From Octopus sinensis (taxonomy: Eukaryota), in NCBI RefSeq assembly GCF_006345805.1, contig NC_043014.1, positions 6,076,001-6,140,000 of the forward strand: a DNA stretch of 64,000 nt. Direction: 5' to 3'. The notes beneath the pieces were generated by a model, which was given only the letters and a program-made list of their open reading frames with translations, searched no databases and was not told where the DNA came from. Every line of letters begins with the position of its first letter. Positions within the stretch are counted from its first letter, which is position 1. Positions 1-13,204 of this stretch are shown one piece after another. The translations under genes and the position numbers were made by a program.

Positions 1-542
1 ACTTCCATTATAATAATAATGGACCTAATCGAAATCGTGTAACTAGAAGTTGTAATTGTAGGCTAAATGTTACTTCAATAATGTTTGAATCCAAGTAGAA
101 ATCTGAAGGAAAGTTTTATTTTTATATTGGGTCGAACGAAAATTTCATTAAACGACATATCGCAAACCATGAATACATTTATTGAAGCAGAAATAAGTTG
201 TGTAGCACCAGTCTAATTAAATTTATATTTAAGCTAAAGAATATTAATAAATTGTATAAGCTTAAATGAAAAATACTTCGTTATACATCTTATAAAATTG
301 CTGATAATAGATGTAACTTGGGTGTGGAGGAAAGATATCAAATTTTAACATAAAAAAGAACTTGTTTTATCTTGTAAACACTCTTCAAAATATGTGTTTT
401 TATCTTGTAAACACTCTTCAAAATATGCGTACAGAAAATATAATTAATTTCATTTGATTATGTGGAGGATTATTGGGTATTAAAGCATAAACTGTTTTTC
501 ATAATTAAATGTTAAATTGCTACATAATCATTAGAATGAATG

Positions 543-556
543 TATATTATATATAA

Positions 557-642
<86 letters not shown>

Positions 643-738
643 CATATCTGTATATATGCAGATGCATGTATGTATATCTATATAACTAGTTTTAGATTTG
701 TGATTTTTATATGTATATGTATGTGTGTATATAATGTA

Positions 739-780
<42 letters not shown>

Positions 781-799
781 GTATGTAAATTTATTATTA

Positions 800-871
<72 letters not shown>
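543..871. repeat. Compound microsatellite (AT)n/(GT)n/(ATT)n
   Basis: Directly visible; source of spurious ORFs 601-907. Confidence 0.95.
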
Positions 872-873
<2 letters not shown>

Positions 874-1263
874 TAGTAAATTGATTAGAATCATTTATTT
901 ATTATGAATATTTTATTAAGTAATATAATACTAAATATTTATTAATCTAAAAGTTTATTGTGAGTAAATTATCTTATAATAACATTTATTTATAATAACA
1001 CAAATTCCATTATGCTATAATATAATTCTATATTAGCCATAATTATTTTAAATAGTGTGTTTTAAATTTGTAAGAATTACAATTATAATTATAGATTCAT
1101 TCTTAATTTTACGTTTGTTTTATAGATGCATTTATTTTTATATATATTTATCTCAATGTATATGCAAGTATATTTGTATAATATATGTATATCTGCCTTC
1201 ATGTATATATATGTATGTATGTATGTACATCTCTCTCTCTCTATATATATATATATATGTACA

Positions 1264-1302
<39 letters not shown>

Positions 1303-1331
1303 CTATATATATATATATATATATATGTACA

Positions 1332-1386
<55 letters not shown>

Positions 1387-1973
1387 ATATATATATGTAT
1401 ATACTTATATATATATATATATATACATATACACATATATGTGTGTGTGTGCCTATATAAATGGAAAAATAAGAAAGTGGAGATAAAATTGATAATTCAT
1501 AAACATCAATTATATTTATTGATTACAAAACAAACAATATTTCATCTATTTTGTGCATAATTAGGCATAACTCTTACAATAATAATAATTATGACAGTGA
1601 ATAATTATACCAGCTTAAATAGTGGATCTTCATGAGAGCGGGAAAAGAAAGAAAAAGAAAAGAAAAAGAAAGAGAAAAAGAGAAAATTAGGATATACCAA
1701 TTAACGCTACATGCTATCCCTCTGAAAACCTTTCGACCGACTGGAAAATTTAGTTACAGAATTAAAATAGTTATAATAATCAGTAGTACATACTTATATA
1801 GAGGGTGGGCGAGGATTTACTACCGACGTAAGTTGAATATATAATATTGTCGGAGTATTTTGATTAGGTCATAAGTTGAAAAATCAATGTACCGCGAGTT
1901 ACGGAACTTAATATGAAGACAGTTAACCATAAGTTATTTATCGATATACATATATATATGAAAATACTTGCAC

Positions 1974-2004
<31 letters not shown>

Positions 2005-2052
2005 TACATACACACACACACACACACACATACACACACACACACACATATA

Positions 2053-3388
2053 CAAGTCGCATAAGTTATTTGAGGACATCTTTTTGGGGGGCATTGCTGC
2101 ATTTTTGCTAACTCTTGATAAATTTTGTTTCAGAAAATAATAATGGCAGACCCTCAGCTTACTTAAGAATTGAAGAGGCGTGCTGTTATTGTGGTTATAA
2201 AGGCTGAGCATAGGGATTTAGAAATATCTCGATTTTTAAAAGTTGCCAGATCTTTCCTCTACAAAGTTTGTACAGAGACTGAAGATGGAAACGTATCACC
2301 AGTATCAAAGCTTAAAAAACATTCTATATGCTCTGAAATCCTCAGAAAACCTGAATTTATCCAACAAGTTCAACAGCCCTTTGATTACAATCCCAGAAAG
2401 TCCATGACGTCAGTTGCAAAAGATCTCCATGTGTCAGAAATAATTGTCAGAAATGTTGTCCACGAAGACATCAGATAAAAGTCTTATATGATGCGGAAAA
2501 GTCAATTTGTCAGGAAAAAAAAAACAAAAGAACATCACTACATCAGATCTAAAAGGTTCATAAACAAACGGAAAAATGCAGCAGAAAATTTGATTTGATT
2601 TCTCCTCAAACGAGAAAAATAAGATCAAAACGTTAACATGACAAAATGTCATGTTCAAAGCCTTCAGAAGTTACAAGTGCTTTCCATTCAAAATTTCCTG
2701 AAATTGTCATGGTTTTAAGGGTTGTATTCAATGAAGGACATTAGCGTTTACTGTGCCGTGTTCATTGAGGCCCTGGAAATAATTGTTATGCCCTGGATAG
2801 ACAGTATATTCAATGGGAGGCCATGTGTGTTTCAGTTACACTCTGCGCTATCACACATAGCTCTAGTAACACTGGAATGGATGGCTGAAAATTTCCCTGA
2901 TCACATAACGCCTAACATTTGGCCTCCTAATTCCCCAGTTCCCGATGCAATGGACTATTACATGCGGTGCGTTGTTGAGGGAGAGGCTAATGAACTCACC
3001 CATAACACCAAAGATTCTATGAAAGCTTCCATAGTCAGAGTAATGTCCAAAATGAACCAGGACCACTTGATTCGAGCATGAAGATGATTTAGATCTCACA
3101 TAGAAGCAGATGCGGAAGCTGAAGGTGGCTTTATTGAATAACATTAGAGAAAAGAAGGTTTATTTTCATCTTCATATTTTCTCGTTTAAGGAGAAACCAA
3201 ATCAAATCTTCTGCTGCTGCATTTTTCAGTTTGTTTATGAGCCTTTTAGATCTGATATAGTGATTTTCTTTTGTTTTTTTTTCTGACAAATTGACCTTTG
3301 CGCATCATATAAATAAAGTTATCATCTGTTTTTATATCTGTTTGCTTTTATAAACATAAATCTGTCCTCCAATATCTCACGCGCCCTG
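2053..3388 (+). mobile_element. Degenerate Tc1/mariner DNA transposon, DD37D/maT-like
   Basis: TA-flanked imperfect TIRs (TA|CAAGTCGCATAAGTTATTTGAGGACA at 2051; TGTCCTCCAATATCTCACGCGCCCTG|TA ending 3390). Broken transposase: N-terminal MKRRAVIVVIKAEHRDLEISRFLKVARSF, HSKFPEIVMVLRVVFNEG, VFQLHSALSH, WPPNSPVPDAMDYY (cf. WPPNSPDLNPLDY). Confidence 0.85.
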
Positions 3389-3432
3389 TATATACATACA
3401 TATATATATATACATACATATATATATTTGTT

Positions 3433-3473
<41 letters not shown>

Positions 3474-3498
3474 ATATATATGTGTATATATATATATA

Positions 3499-3529
<31 letters not shown>

Positions 3530-3563
3530 GTAAATATATTATATATATGTGTATATGTATATG

Positions 3564-3615
<52 letters not shown>

Positions 3616-3618
3616 GTC

Positions 3619-3649
<31 letters not shown>

Positions 3650-3989
3650 TGATATCATCCATAAGATATATTCATCTAATCTTGGATCATCTCCTTTGTG
3701 AAATGATTCAGATTCGTAAAATGTTTATTTTTTCCCGTCTGCTACTTGCTTAGATAATCTCTGTTAATCAAAGTCTTCCATCTCCTTTTATAGTATATGT
3801 GAGGCGTATATTATGATGTGACAGTAATGTCCAGAATTGGCGACCACATTTCCTCACTTCGATACATGGAATGCGTGTCGTCTTGGAGAAGAAGAGAAAC
3901 TGCTAGTGAATTTTTACTTCCTTCTCGTAGCTTAGACCAACCGAGTAAAAGAGAGCGAGGTTGAGGGAGAAGTTAGTGAATGAGTAAGA

Positions 3990-4215
3990 AAGAAGAAAAG
4001 GCGAGAAAAGGCGAGAAATGCAAGAAAAGGCGAGGAAAGGCGAGAAAAGGCGAGAAAAGGCAAGAAAAGGCAAGAAAAGGCAAGAAAAGTCAAGAAAAGG
4101 CGAGAAAAGGCAAGAGAAGGCGAGAAAAGGCAAGAACAGGCAAGAAAAGGCAGGAAAAGGCAAGGAAAGGCGAGAAAAGGCAAGAAAAGGCGAGAAAAGG
4201 CAAGAAAAGGCGCGA
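3990..4215 (+). repeat. 10-bp minisatellite GAAAAGGC(G/A)A, about 22 units
   Basis: Directly visible tandem array; explains the K/R/E and FSCLF ORFs at 3903-4346. Confidence 0.95.
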
Positions 4216-4600
4216 ATAGACCCAAAATTGAACTGGCATTTCACTTTAACGACTCCAGAATGATCCAAAGCAAAGATGACACAGGAGAAAATTTTGAAGT
4301 CAGAGTACAAAGATTTAGAATAGATTACGCAATGTAATTTGTGCAATGCTCTACCAATTTTGTGGAACCCTATCTTCGTTCTTACAATGCTTAGTTGTGA
4401 ATACCTCTTATTCTTCTATGATGAAATCTCAGGTTAGGGTTATGGCTGCTAAGCACCAAATCGAACCATGTTCGGTGAAATTATTATTAAAACCATTTCA
4501 CCTGTGACGACCATAATAACTAAGATATGCTGTATCTAGAAATATATCAGCCGGTGCATTAAATTTATTGAGACAGTACCTGGGAATATAAAGGGCATTT
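4215..4600 (+). mobile_element. Possible highly degenerate RLE-type (R4/Dong-like) LINE ORF fragment
   Basis: Translation ARIDPKLNWHFTLTTPE*SKAKMTQEKILKSEYKDLE*ITQCNLC...MLSCEYLL.FYDEI...RCIKFIETVPGNI loosely follows the pre-CCHC, CCHC and RLE motif order; by-eye resemblance only. Confidence 0.35.
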
Positions 4601-4837
4601 GGCTGCCATTTCTTCCAGTTGAAGACCGTATGTAAAGTTCACTTCTCGGTACTAGTTGTAACATGTGAAAAACATTCGTAAGAAGATCTTTGGTGTCAGC
4701 ATGGGAAGCCAAAATAGAGCCGAGTTGTGTTAGAAGTTGGGCCTGTACATAACAAGTTCCAAGAAATGAAACATTACCTCAGAATCTGAATAAAAATGGT
4801 ATTTTTCATCGATAAACATTAAAATTTAGTAGAAAGG

Positions 4838-4903
<66 letters not shown>

Positions 4904-4931
4904 GTTGTTATTATTATTATTATTATTATGA

Positions 4932-4974
<43 letters not shown>

Positions 4975-5007
4975 GTTATTATTATTATTATCATTATTAT
5001 TATTATT

Positions 5008-5429
5008 GAGTGAGAGAGCAGTTCAAGCCATCGAGTTGACACTGGGGTAAAATATACGAAGCTCAGTATACCCATCATGACTACCCGTCTGATAAGAGTA
5101 CACCAGGCACATGCATCACAACCATATGTGCGCGACATGGTGATCTCATATCAAGATAAACAGCACATGACCTTGCAGGTGGGGCCCAGTTAGAAATTTC
5201 TTCAGGTCTATTAGCCCATCCTGCTCAAAAGGTCCCTGATTAAGGGTTGTTTAAGGATGTTGAACGAAACACCCATGTTTCCAGATGTGAATTATTCAAA
5301 CCCCAAAGAATTCCTCTCAACACATGGCTATAATGCCCCACCCACTACTTGTTCTCGTGATCAGAGATGCACATATTGTCAGCCACTAAGGGACATGCTC
5401 AACTGGTTAAGGTCAAACAACTGACAAGC
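5008..5429 (-). mobile_element. Non-LTR retroelement 3' end (family F) with (TAA)n tail, copy 1
   Basis: About 90% identical to 5473-5890 and to the fragment at 22849; minus strand ends CTCTCTCACTC-(AAT)n. Confidence 0.8.
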
Positions 5430-5472
5430 TATTATTATTATTGTTATTATTATTATCATTATTATTATTATT

Positions 5473-6011
5473 GAGTGAGAGAGCAGTGCATGCCCTCGAG
5501 TTGACACTGGGGTAAAATATACGAAGTTCAGTATACCCATCATGACTACCTGTCTGATAAGGGTACACCTGACAGATGCATCACAACCATATGTGCGTGA
5601 CATGGTGATCTCATATCAAGATAAATAGCGCATGATCTTGCAGGTGGGGCCCTGTTAGAATTTTCTTCTGGTCGAGTAGCCCATCCCGTTCAAAAGGTCC
5701 CTGAATATGGATTAAGGATGTTGAACGAACACCCATGTTTCCAAAGGTGAATTATCCAAAACTCTAAGAATTCCTTTCAACACACGGCAATGATGCTCCC
5801 CCACTACTTCTGCTCGTGATCAGAGATGCACATATCGTCAGCCACTAACGGACATGCTCAACTGGTTAAAGTCAAAAAACTGACAAGCAAATCTGTGGTA
5901 TTGAGCGGAATATTTGCTGTAGCCCATCTTTTATACCAAGACAAAACAATGTACATGATAACACTTCCAATCAGTTAAGATCAGAAGACATGAGAGCCAC
6001 GGCCTGGTACT
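5473..6011 (-). mobile_element. Non-LTR retroelement 3' end (family F), copy 2
   Basis: Longer tandem partner of copy 1; (ATT)n on both sides. Confidence 0.8.
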
Positions 6012-6084
6012 TTATTATTATTATTATTATTATTAATATTATTATCATTAAATATTATTAGTATTATTATTATTATTATTATTA

Positions 6085-6130
<46 letters not shown>

Positions 6131-6481
6131 ATTTCAGGCCTTCTACCTATACTAAAAAGGATTGTTATTAATATCATCATCATTATCATCGGTAATCACC
6201 AATATCACTTAGTATGCATAGAATAACCTTGAGGAAAAATGCTAATGAACATTAACAAAAGGCGCATTCCATGTGATTGTATTTAGCAATGAATATAGTA
6301 ATAATAAATTGGAGCAATTTATCGATATTCGCTTTGTGAAATAAGAGACATTTAAAAGCTCTTTGTTTGAAAAAATTTTAAATGCTCACAACACAACAGA
6401 GATTAATGTGCAGAAATGTACAAAGCCAACGTAGAGATAAACATACAATCGTATATGTTTAGAGTATACATATACAGAGCT

Positions 6482-6519
<38 letters not shown>

Positions 6520-6780
6520 CCATCAGTCTATCCACACATACGTCCGTACATATATGCATACAGGTATACACACTGCACACTCGTATATAATGTATGCGTA
6601 TAATTGAGATCGTGTGTTGACTAACTGCATCGCCGAGAGTATTGGTGCTACTACGGATTCCGCAAAGAAGGATTAAGATACGCAGAGAAGGATTTTGACA
6701 CACCTACACACTCACAGACACCCACATATGGACACACGTATAAAATGAAGACATTTATAGTCATATATACCTACACGCAC

Positions 6781-6840
<60 letters not shown>

Positions 6841-6866
6841 CTGTTTGTGTGTTTATATGCATATTA

Positions 6867-6933
<67 letters not shown>

Positions 6934-7085
6934 GTATATATATCTGTATATATATATATATATAATTTATATATGTTGCATATCTGTATGGTATATATGT
7001 ATGTTTGCATATAAGTATATATGTTTTCTTCGTTCGTCCCTTTGTGTATTTCACGTTCTTGTTTCTTTATATATATTTTTATTCC

Positions 7086-7120
<35 letters not shown>

Positions 7121-7738
7121 ATATGCATATATGTATGTATATATGAATGCTTTATCTGAATACATTCATACGTCTGTGTATGTGTGTGTGTGTTTTTGTA
7201 TGTGTGTAAGAGATTACATTGGTTCTCCTAATGAAGATTTGCTCAAAGAACATATTCTCATTTGTGAATGAGATGCTTTTAGGTTTAATTTCGGCAGGAA
7301 TTCATAGCTAAGTATTTTGATGGAAGTGCAACAAAGCTCTTTAGCTTCGACGTAATTTTAAGAAGAGAATCATGTGTACAAACACATGCCTACAAACACG
7401 TATATATATATATATATATTATACATATACAAACACGTGCCTACAAACACACACACACGCATATATATATATGTGAACTTAATCAAAATGGGTAATAACA
7501 TAGATTATTATTACCAGTGGCCTAGCACAAAAGACGAATTAGTCATTAGACAAAATATTATTCATATAGAAATATAATAAAAGGCTCCCAAATAGGGAAG
7601 CCTAGTGCTAGAGACACAAAAAGGGATAAATTCATCGAGAGTGAAAATCAAAAACTAATTCTAGTTGCACAGAGCGTTAGACCATGTGTCGATCTAACGA
7701 TTTGTAAATCTTAACTTTTCAACATATATATATATATA

Positions 7739-8118
7739 TCTCTATATATATAAACGGCAGTTTGTCTGTGCGTTTTCTGTGTGTCTGTTTTCTCGTACCC
7801 TCACCCTGACCACGGCTTTCAACCGATTCTGATGAAACTTGACACACACATAGCCCAATGTCATAATTCAAAACTAACGCAGCGAAATTTTGAAAAGTTC
7901 CCCCAGTTCTGAAAAAAATCGATAAATTCGACATGGGGTCGAGAATCAGAAACCCAAACCACAGACCGTCTAGGGGACGCAACTCCACCTATTTTAACTC
8001 TCAAAAAAAATTTACCATCATTTTTATCCATTTTTTTGCTATTTTTTGGCTATAACTCTCTAAAATGCTTTATAGTTATTTCCTTACAAACCTGAGCAAC
8101 GCCGGGCGATACTGCTAG
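7739..8118 (+). mobile_element. Non-autonomous Helitron
   Basis: A|TC 5' end, CTAG|T 3' end, subterminal hairpin CCTG-AGCAACGC-CGGG, no TSD; 3' part shared with 44866-45262. Confidence 0.85.
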
Positions 8119-8124
8119 TATATA

Positions 8125-8164
<40 letters not shown>

Positions 8165-8169
8165 TTTAT

Positions 8170-8232
8170 TTGTAGAAGGAGCTTCTACAGAACTAGGACT
8201 GTTTCATTCAAAGAAATCATCAGGAAGCTTGC
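8170..8232 (-). ncRNA. Hammerhead-like motif, core intact, helix I doubtful
   Basis: Minus strand AGCTTC-CTGATGA-TTTCTTTGAAT-GAAAC-A-GTC-CTAGTTCTGTAGAAGCT. Confidence 0.35.
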
Positions 8233-8404
8233 TGTCATATCCACACACACATATATATATACATATATATATATATAATATATATATATGTGTGTGTGTT
8301 GGGTGTGTGTGTGTATATATATACATATATACATAATATTATATATATATATGTAAATATATATATTATATATATATACATATAGATGTTCTTTCTATTT
8401 TTTG

Positions 8405-8745
8405 TTCTTTTATTTGTTTCAGTCATCTGATTGCGGCCATGCTGGAGCACCTCTTTTAATCGAACCCAGGACTTATTTTTTGAAGGCCAGTACTTATTCT
8501 ATCGGACCCTTTTGCCGAACCAGCATCCGTTGTCAAGCGATGCTGGGGGGACAAACACAGACACACACACACATATATATATAAGACGGGCTTCTTTGAG
8601 TTACAGTCTACCAAATCCACTTACAGGAATTTGGTCGGCCACGGGCTATAGTAGAAGACACTCGTCCAAGTTACTGCACAGTCGGACTGAACCCAGAGCC
8701 ATGCGGTTGGTAAGTCAGCCACGTACCACATAGCCACTCTTGCAC
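8405..8745 (-). mobile_element. tRNA-derived SINE family B (CORE-like box, internal microsatellite)
   Basis: Matches copies at 44232, 47229, 49528, 60480; 3' CAGTCAAATGACTGAAAC motif. Confidence 0.85.
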
Positions 8746-8976
8746 CTATATATATATATATTTATATGAACCTATATATACATAAATATGTATACATATA
8801 TATGCATATATATACATATATATACATGTATATATATGTATATATACACATATATATTCATATGTGTGTATATATATACATATATATATCACATATATAA
8901 TAATTATTCAGTTTTTACATCTAAATCAATGAGCATTAGTTAAATGTGACCATTATATATATATATATATATATAT

Positions 8977-9008
<32 letters not shown>

Positions 9009-9554
9009 CTTATATGTTATAGTCGTAAAGATTAAAGAGAGAGTATATTTATTCAGTTAATGCCTTTTGCTTTAGATGTAAATTCCGTCTACCAAATAAT
9101 TAAATTATTTCCATATTTTAGTACGTCACGTTCTTTCCTAATCAACATAGACTCGGACATTGTAGGTCATTCATGAGAGAATAATATTTCGCAAATCTTT
9201 TTACCTGTGTCTTTCTTTCAGATACTGGGCAGCTCTCATGCTGGGGTTTTTATCTTGAAGGGTTTTAGCTGAACAAATCACTTCTACATATTTTAAGCCT
9301 TGCACTTCTTCTATCGATCTCTTCACACCAAACATTTGGTTTATGTGAAGATCTTCGGCACAGTTTCCGTTTGACAAAATGCGATCACAAGGCATTAATC
9401 AAACTGGAGCTAAACTAGATTACACTTACTCAATGGGTTGTGTCGTACAATGGGAAAGTACACAGCCATACCTGTAACGACAAATGTATTTGGCTCAATC
9501 GGGAAATTCTAGAAGGGAATGAAAAAACATCCTGCTGTTGATACGAACATATTT

Positions 9555-9987
9555 GGATCTCTTCTGTTTGAACGGCAGTTTTTTCTAGCGGTGTCATATG
9601 AAATTGTCACCCATAATTATGACCCTAGTATCGATCTATTGCATTTCAATCTACTTTAGGGTTAAGATTAGTTAGGGTTAGGGTTAGGGTTGGGGGAAGG
9701 GTATCTTTTTTTCTTCACAAATGTAAATAAACCCAATCTGTTTCTTAAACGAGGGACATATTCATACGACACAGAATGCTTTTTAACTCAATGGACGTCA
9801 TCGATTGGTTGAAATTGCAGAAATTGAAGAAAAAAAAACCCCAAATATCTTACAAACTATAGAATTTTCTAAATAAAGCCAAGAGAAAAAGATGTTTTAT
9901 AAACATATTTTACCAGTATACGAAGTTTAAATTTTTTTATTTACGTAGACATTATGTTAAAAACTGCCGTTCAAACCGAAAAGATCC
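9555..9987. mobile_element. hAT-like MITE with internal (TTAGGG)n
   Basis: TIRs GGATCTTCTTCTGTTTGAACGGCAGTTTTT and AAAAACTGCCGTTCAAACCGAAAAGATCC; 8-bp TSD ACATATTT (9547-9554) and GCATATTT (9988-9995). Confidence 0.8.
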
Positions 9988-10264
9988 GCATATTTCTTAC
10001 GTATTTCTTATTATCTCTTATGAATACTTAAGGATATATTTCTTCAAGTGCGGTACAACTCCAGTTTTCTTCTTAGTATGAATTATCATTTGACTGATAT
10101 ATTTGTAGAATTACATAATACTCTATGTGTCGTTTGATGGTTTTGGATTCAACCAGTTTGTATTTCAAAATATGCTGGTACCTCATTATTTTGAAGAATT
10201 CAAATAGATTTTCATTTACATGGAACCCGGATAACAAACATTCTTCTCCCCTGCTAAATCTGGG

Positions 10265-10604
10265 AATCTGGGACCCCTTCGGTCACGACACTGACCATGA
10301 GATTGCGCCTAGAAAGTTACCCTCCTAGTCACAAGTCTGGGCAAGGTGGTTTTATGGAAGAACAGCAGTCGCCCATGCATACCGGCCTCCCTTCTCCATG
10401 CCACCAGTGTTATCCAAGGGAAAGGCAAAGGGGCCGATACAGCTTGGCACCTGTGACGTCTCAACTCATTTCTACAGTTGAGTGAACTGAAACAATGTGA
10501 AATAAAGTGTCTTGCTCAAGAACACAACACGCAGCTCTGTCCGGGATTCGAGCTCACAATCTCACGATCGTAAACCCGACGCTCTAACCACTGAGCCATG
10601 CGCC
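10265..10604 (-). mobile_element. tRNA-derived SINE family D
   Basis: Minus strand head GGCGCATGGCTCAGTGGTTAGAGCG (A box) and GAGCTCGAATCCC (B-box-like), then a TTCTTGAGCAAGACACT core-like box. Confidence 0.8.
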
Positions 10605-10823
10605 TTCACTCTTAAATACACAAGAAAGCATGAGAAATTTCAAAGCTACTGCAGCGCTGAAACAAATGTAATAATATCCCTGTCCTCATATGCCTTTTCC
10701 TTTGCGACAATTCTTCAGTTTAGCGACACAATGCTTTCTTGTTTCTGTTTGAGACAATATACCTATCGAAACATTGTCCTTTTGTGCTTCTTTCTGGCGC
10801 TAAAGAATGAGTATGTTGCAGGA

Positions 10824-11025
10824 AAAAGAAGTAATTTCTACTCTTCTCCTCTGGAAGTCATCTACTCGCAATACCAGAGGGCGCACACTCTCCTACCCTG
10901 ATGTAATCTCCAAGGATACAGGCATCCAGGCAACAGGACCTCCGTAATGCCATGATGGACCGTGAAGTCTGGCGTAGCATGGTAAATTCCATTGTCTCGA
11001 CCACGGTCGAACAATGATGATGATG
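10824..11025 (+). mobile_element. 5'-truncated RTE LINE 3' end
   Basis: Near-identical to 43872-44063; (TGA)n tail; 11-bp TSD ATGTTGCAGGA at 10813-10823 and 11026-11036. Confidence 0.92.
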
Positions 11026-13043
11026 ATGTTGCAGGAATCTGATTTAAAATATGTTTGCAATTAATCTCATATGCGATTTTCCTAATTGGCTTTCAGAATA
11101 TATGACTGATTTATATTTACTTTTGCACAGAAGGACGTTTTCGTATCGCGAGACATCTAGTTGCCTCACTCCAGTTGTCTGGGCTTTTAGCTATTCGTCG
11201 TCTGAGCGAGATGTTTTTGTTTTTTGCTTTCAGAATCATATACTGCAGGATACGGCAATAAATCAATACACCCAAGTTACCATGAAAGTGCGAATTAATA
11301 CACACACACATACACGCGTGTATGTATACATGCATATGTGTGTATGCGTGTGCGTGTATGTGTGTGTGTGTCTGTGTGTGTGTGTGTGGCGTGTGTGTAT
11401 ATTTGCTTCCCAATGGTACAAAAAACAAAGACAGAGATAAATGAGAAAGCAACAAGTTTTGATACTCTCGGAAAATGGAAGACAACTTGATGTTTTGAAC
11501 TTCCAGTCTTGTAGAGAAACTATATATATATATATATATATATATATTACATATGTATTATTTTCCCTTAAGATTTCGAGATGAAAAAGAAGGATGGAAT
11601 GTATATTGGAAAATTTGAGTGTCTCTGTCGAACTCTTAAAATTAATTTGAGTTCGACAATTCCCCAAACCACAAGAATCTCTATGCATGTTAGATAGTCT
11701 GGTAGAATATCCTGGAGATCAGACACAAAGGCACACAGACATACAGTTACCTTGTGATTGTTTTAGATAAGAATTTACATAAATATATAAGAAAAACTAT
11801 GGTAGCCATTGACGAAGAATGTTTTATTTGAAACGATCGTAAGTAACATCATGAAAGGGAGACAATTTAAAGAAACGTCAACGATGAGGAATACGGCTAA
11901 ATGTGGTGGGTGTTTCGTATTTTTAAAATAATGTTAGTATGAATACAACGATTGATAGTTACCGAGAAGGATAATTGATACTGGACTTTAAAAAGAAATA
12001 TTAGTCAATGCTAATTGAACGAAGACGTAAGTGGGATAAATACCTCTTTGTAACTGAAGAAAATTTAACCACCGAACAAAATCAAACAATGGAATAATCT
12101 GGAAGTAAACAACGATGAGGAAAAAGAAGACATAAAAATGAATGACGTATTTTTAGACAAAATATCAACGAAATTATATAAACGTTTATTTCAGTTGTAG
12201 CAAAGCGAGATTATCAAAATAAAATAATTTAATTTAGTGTCTGATAGAAAGAGCTGGAAGATAAAACGATAAATTGATAAGTATAAATATTTACCAACAC
12301 GCTAGAAAGTTGCTTATCTTGTACATCTAAGGATTGGTTAGTAGCTGTAGGTGTTGTGATAATGAAAATAATTAAAATAATTAAAATAAAAGTTGATTGG
12401 AATATATATATATCTGAGTGATTATGTGGGGAGTGCTAATTAAATATTTCTAATTCCGTTGCGGAAAATTTGTACATAGAAAATTGGTTGGCGAGAATTC
12501 AAGAAGATCTCCAATGAATCAGATTTACGTTTTGTATGCCAGTATAGTAAAAAAAAAGCAATTTCTTGGGGGAACTTGAAGAAGCTGAATAGACCAGTCT
12601 ATTCAGCTGTAGATGTCTGAAACATAGTGGCTTCCCATTCGGGGAAGAAATTGTGACCATTATTTGTTTCTACGCCACGGGAAGCGGAAACCAGTCTTAT
12701 TAATGTTAGGACACGAAGCGGAAATGTCCAAGAGCTGAAGATCATGATGAATTGGAACATACTTCGAATGGGAAGTATGTTTTAAATTTTAAAAATTCTG
12801 TTTTAAATAATTCTCATTTCTGTTTTACTATTGTCTGGTTGGAATTATATCTTTTTCGAGATCTTGGAGTAAACCAGCACGGGATGGTCATGGAAGGAAC
12901 TTCATAAATTTTTCGTGAAAACTACTTGGAACAGATATAGTCCAAGGGAATGAAGAACAGATTAGGCTGCTTCCATTCTGGTGAATCGTGCGGACGCGAA
13001 GATGCATACGTTGCCTTGTCGAAACAAATGCTACTGATACACA

Positions 13044-13080
<37 letters not shown>

Positions 13081-13204
13081 GGGGGGGGAGCATAGAGGTT
13101 GAATTTAATTTGGAGGTTTCCGAAAGAGATTTCGAATCTTGATACTTCGTATTTTGGTGGTAGTTTACAGGCGTAAATTTGCGAATATCAAAAAACTTGT
13201 ATAA

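Noticed and set aside
363-428. 33-bp tandem duplication
   Set aside because: An ordinary slippage duplication with no further structure.
3830-3850. TGGCGACC as an LTR primer-binding site
   Set aside because: No LTR (TG...CA), gag or pol context.
9200-9300. Strong polypyrimidine/CAG acceptor at 9221 as an exon start
   Set aside because: All three frames stop within about 17 codons and no partner exon was seen.
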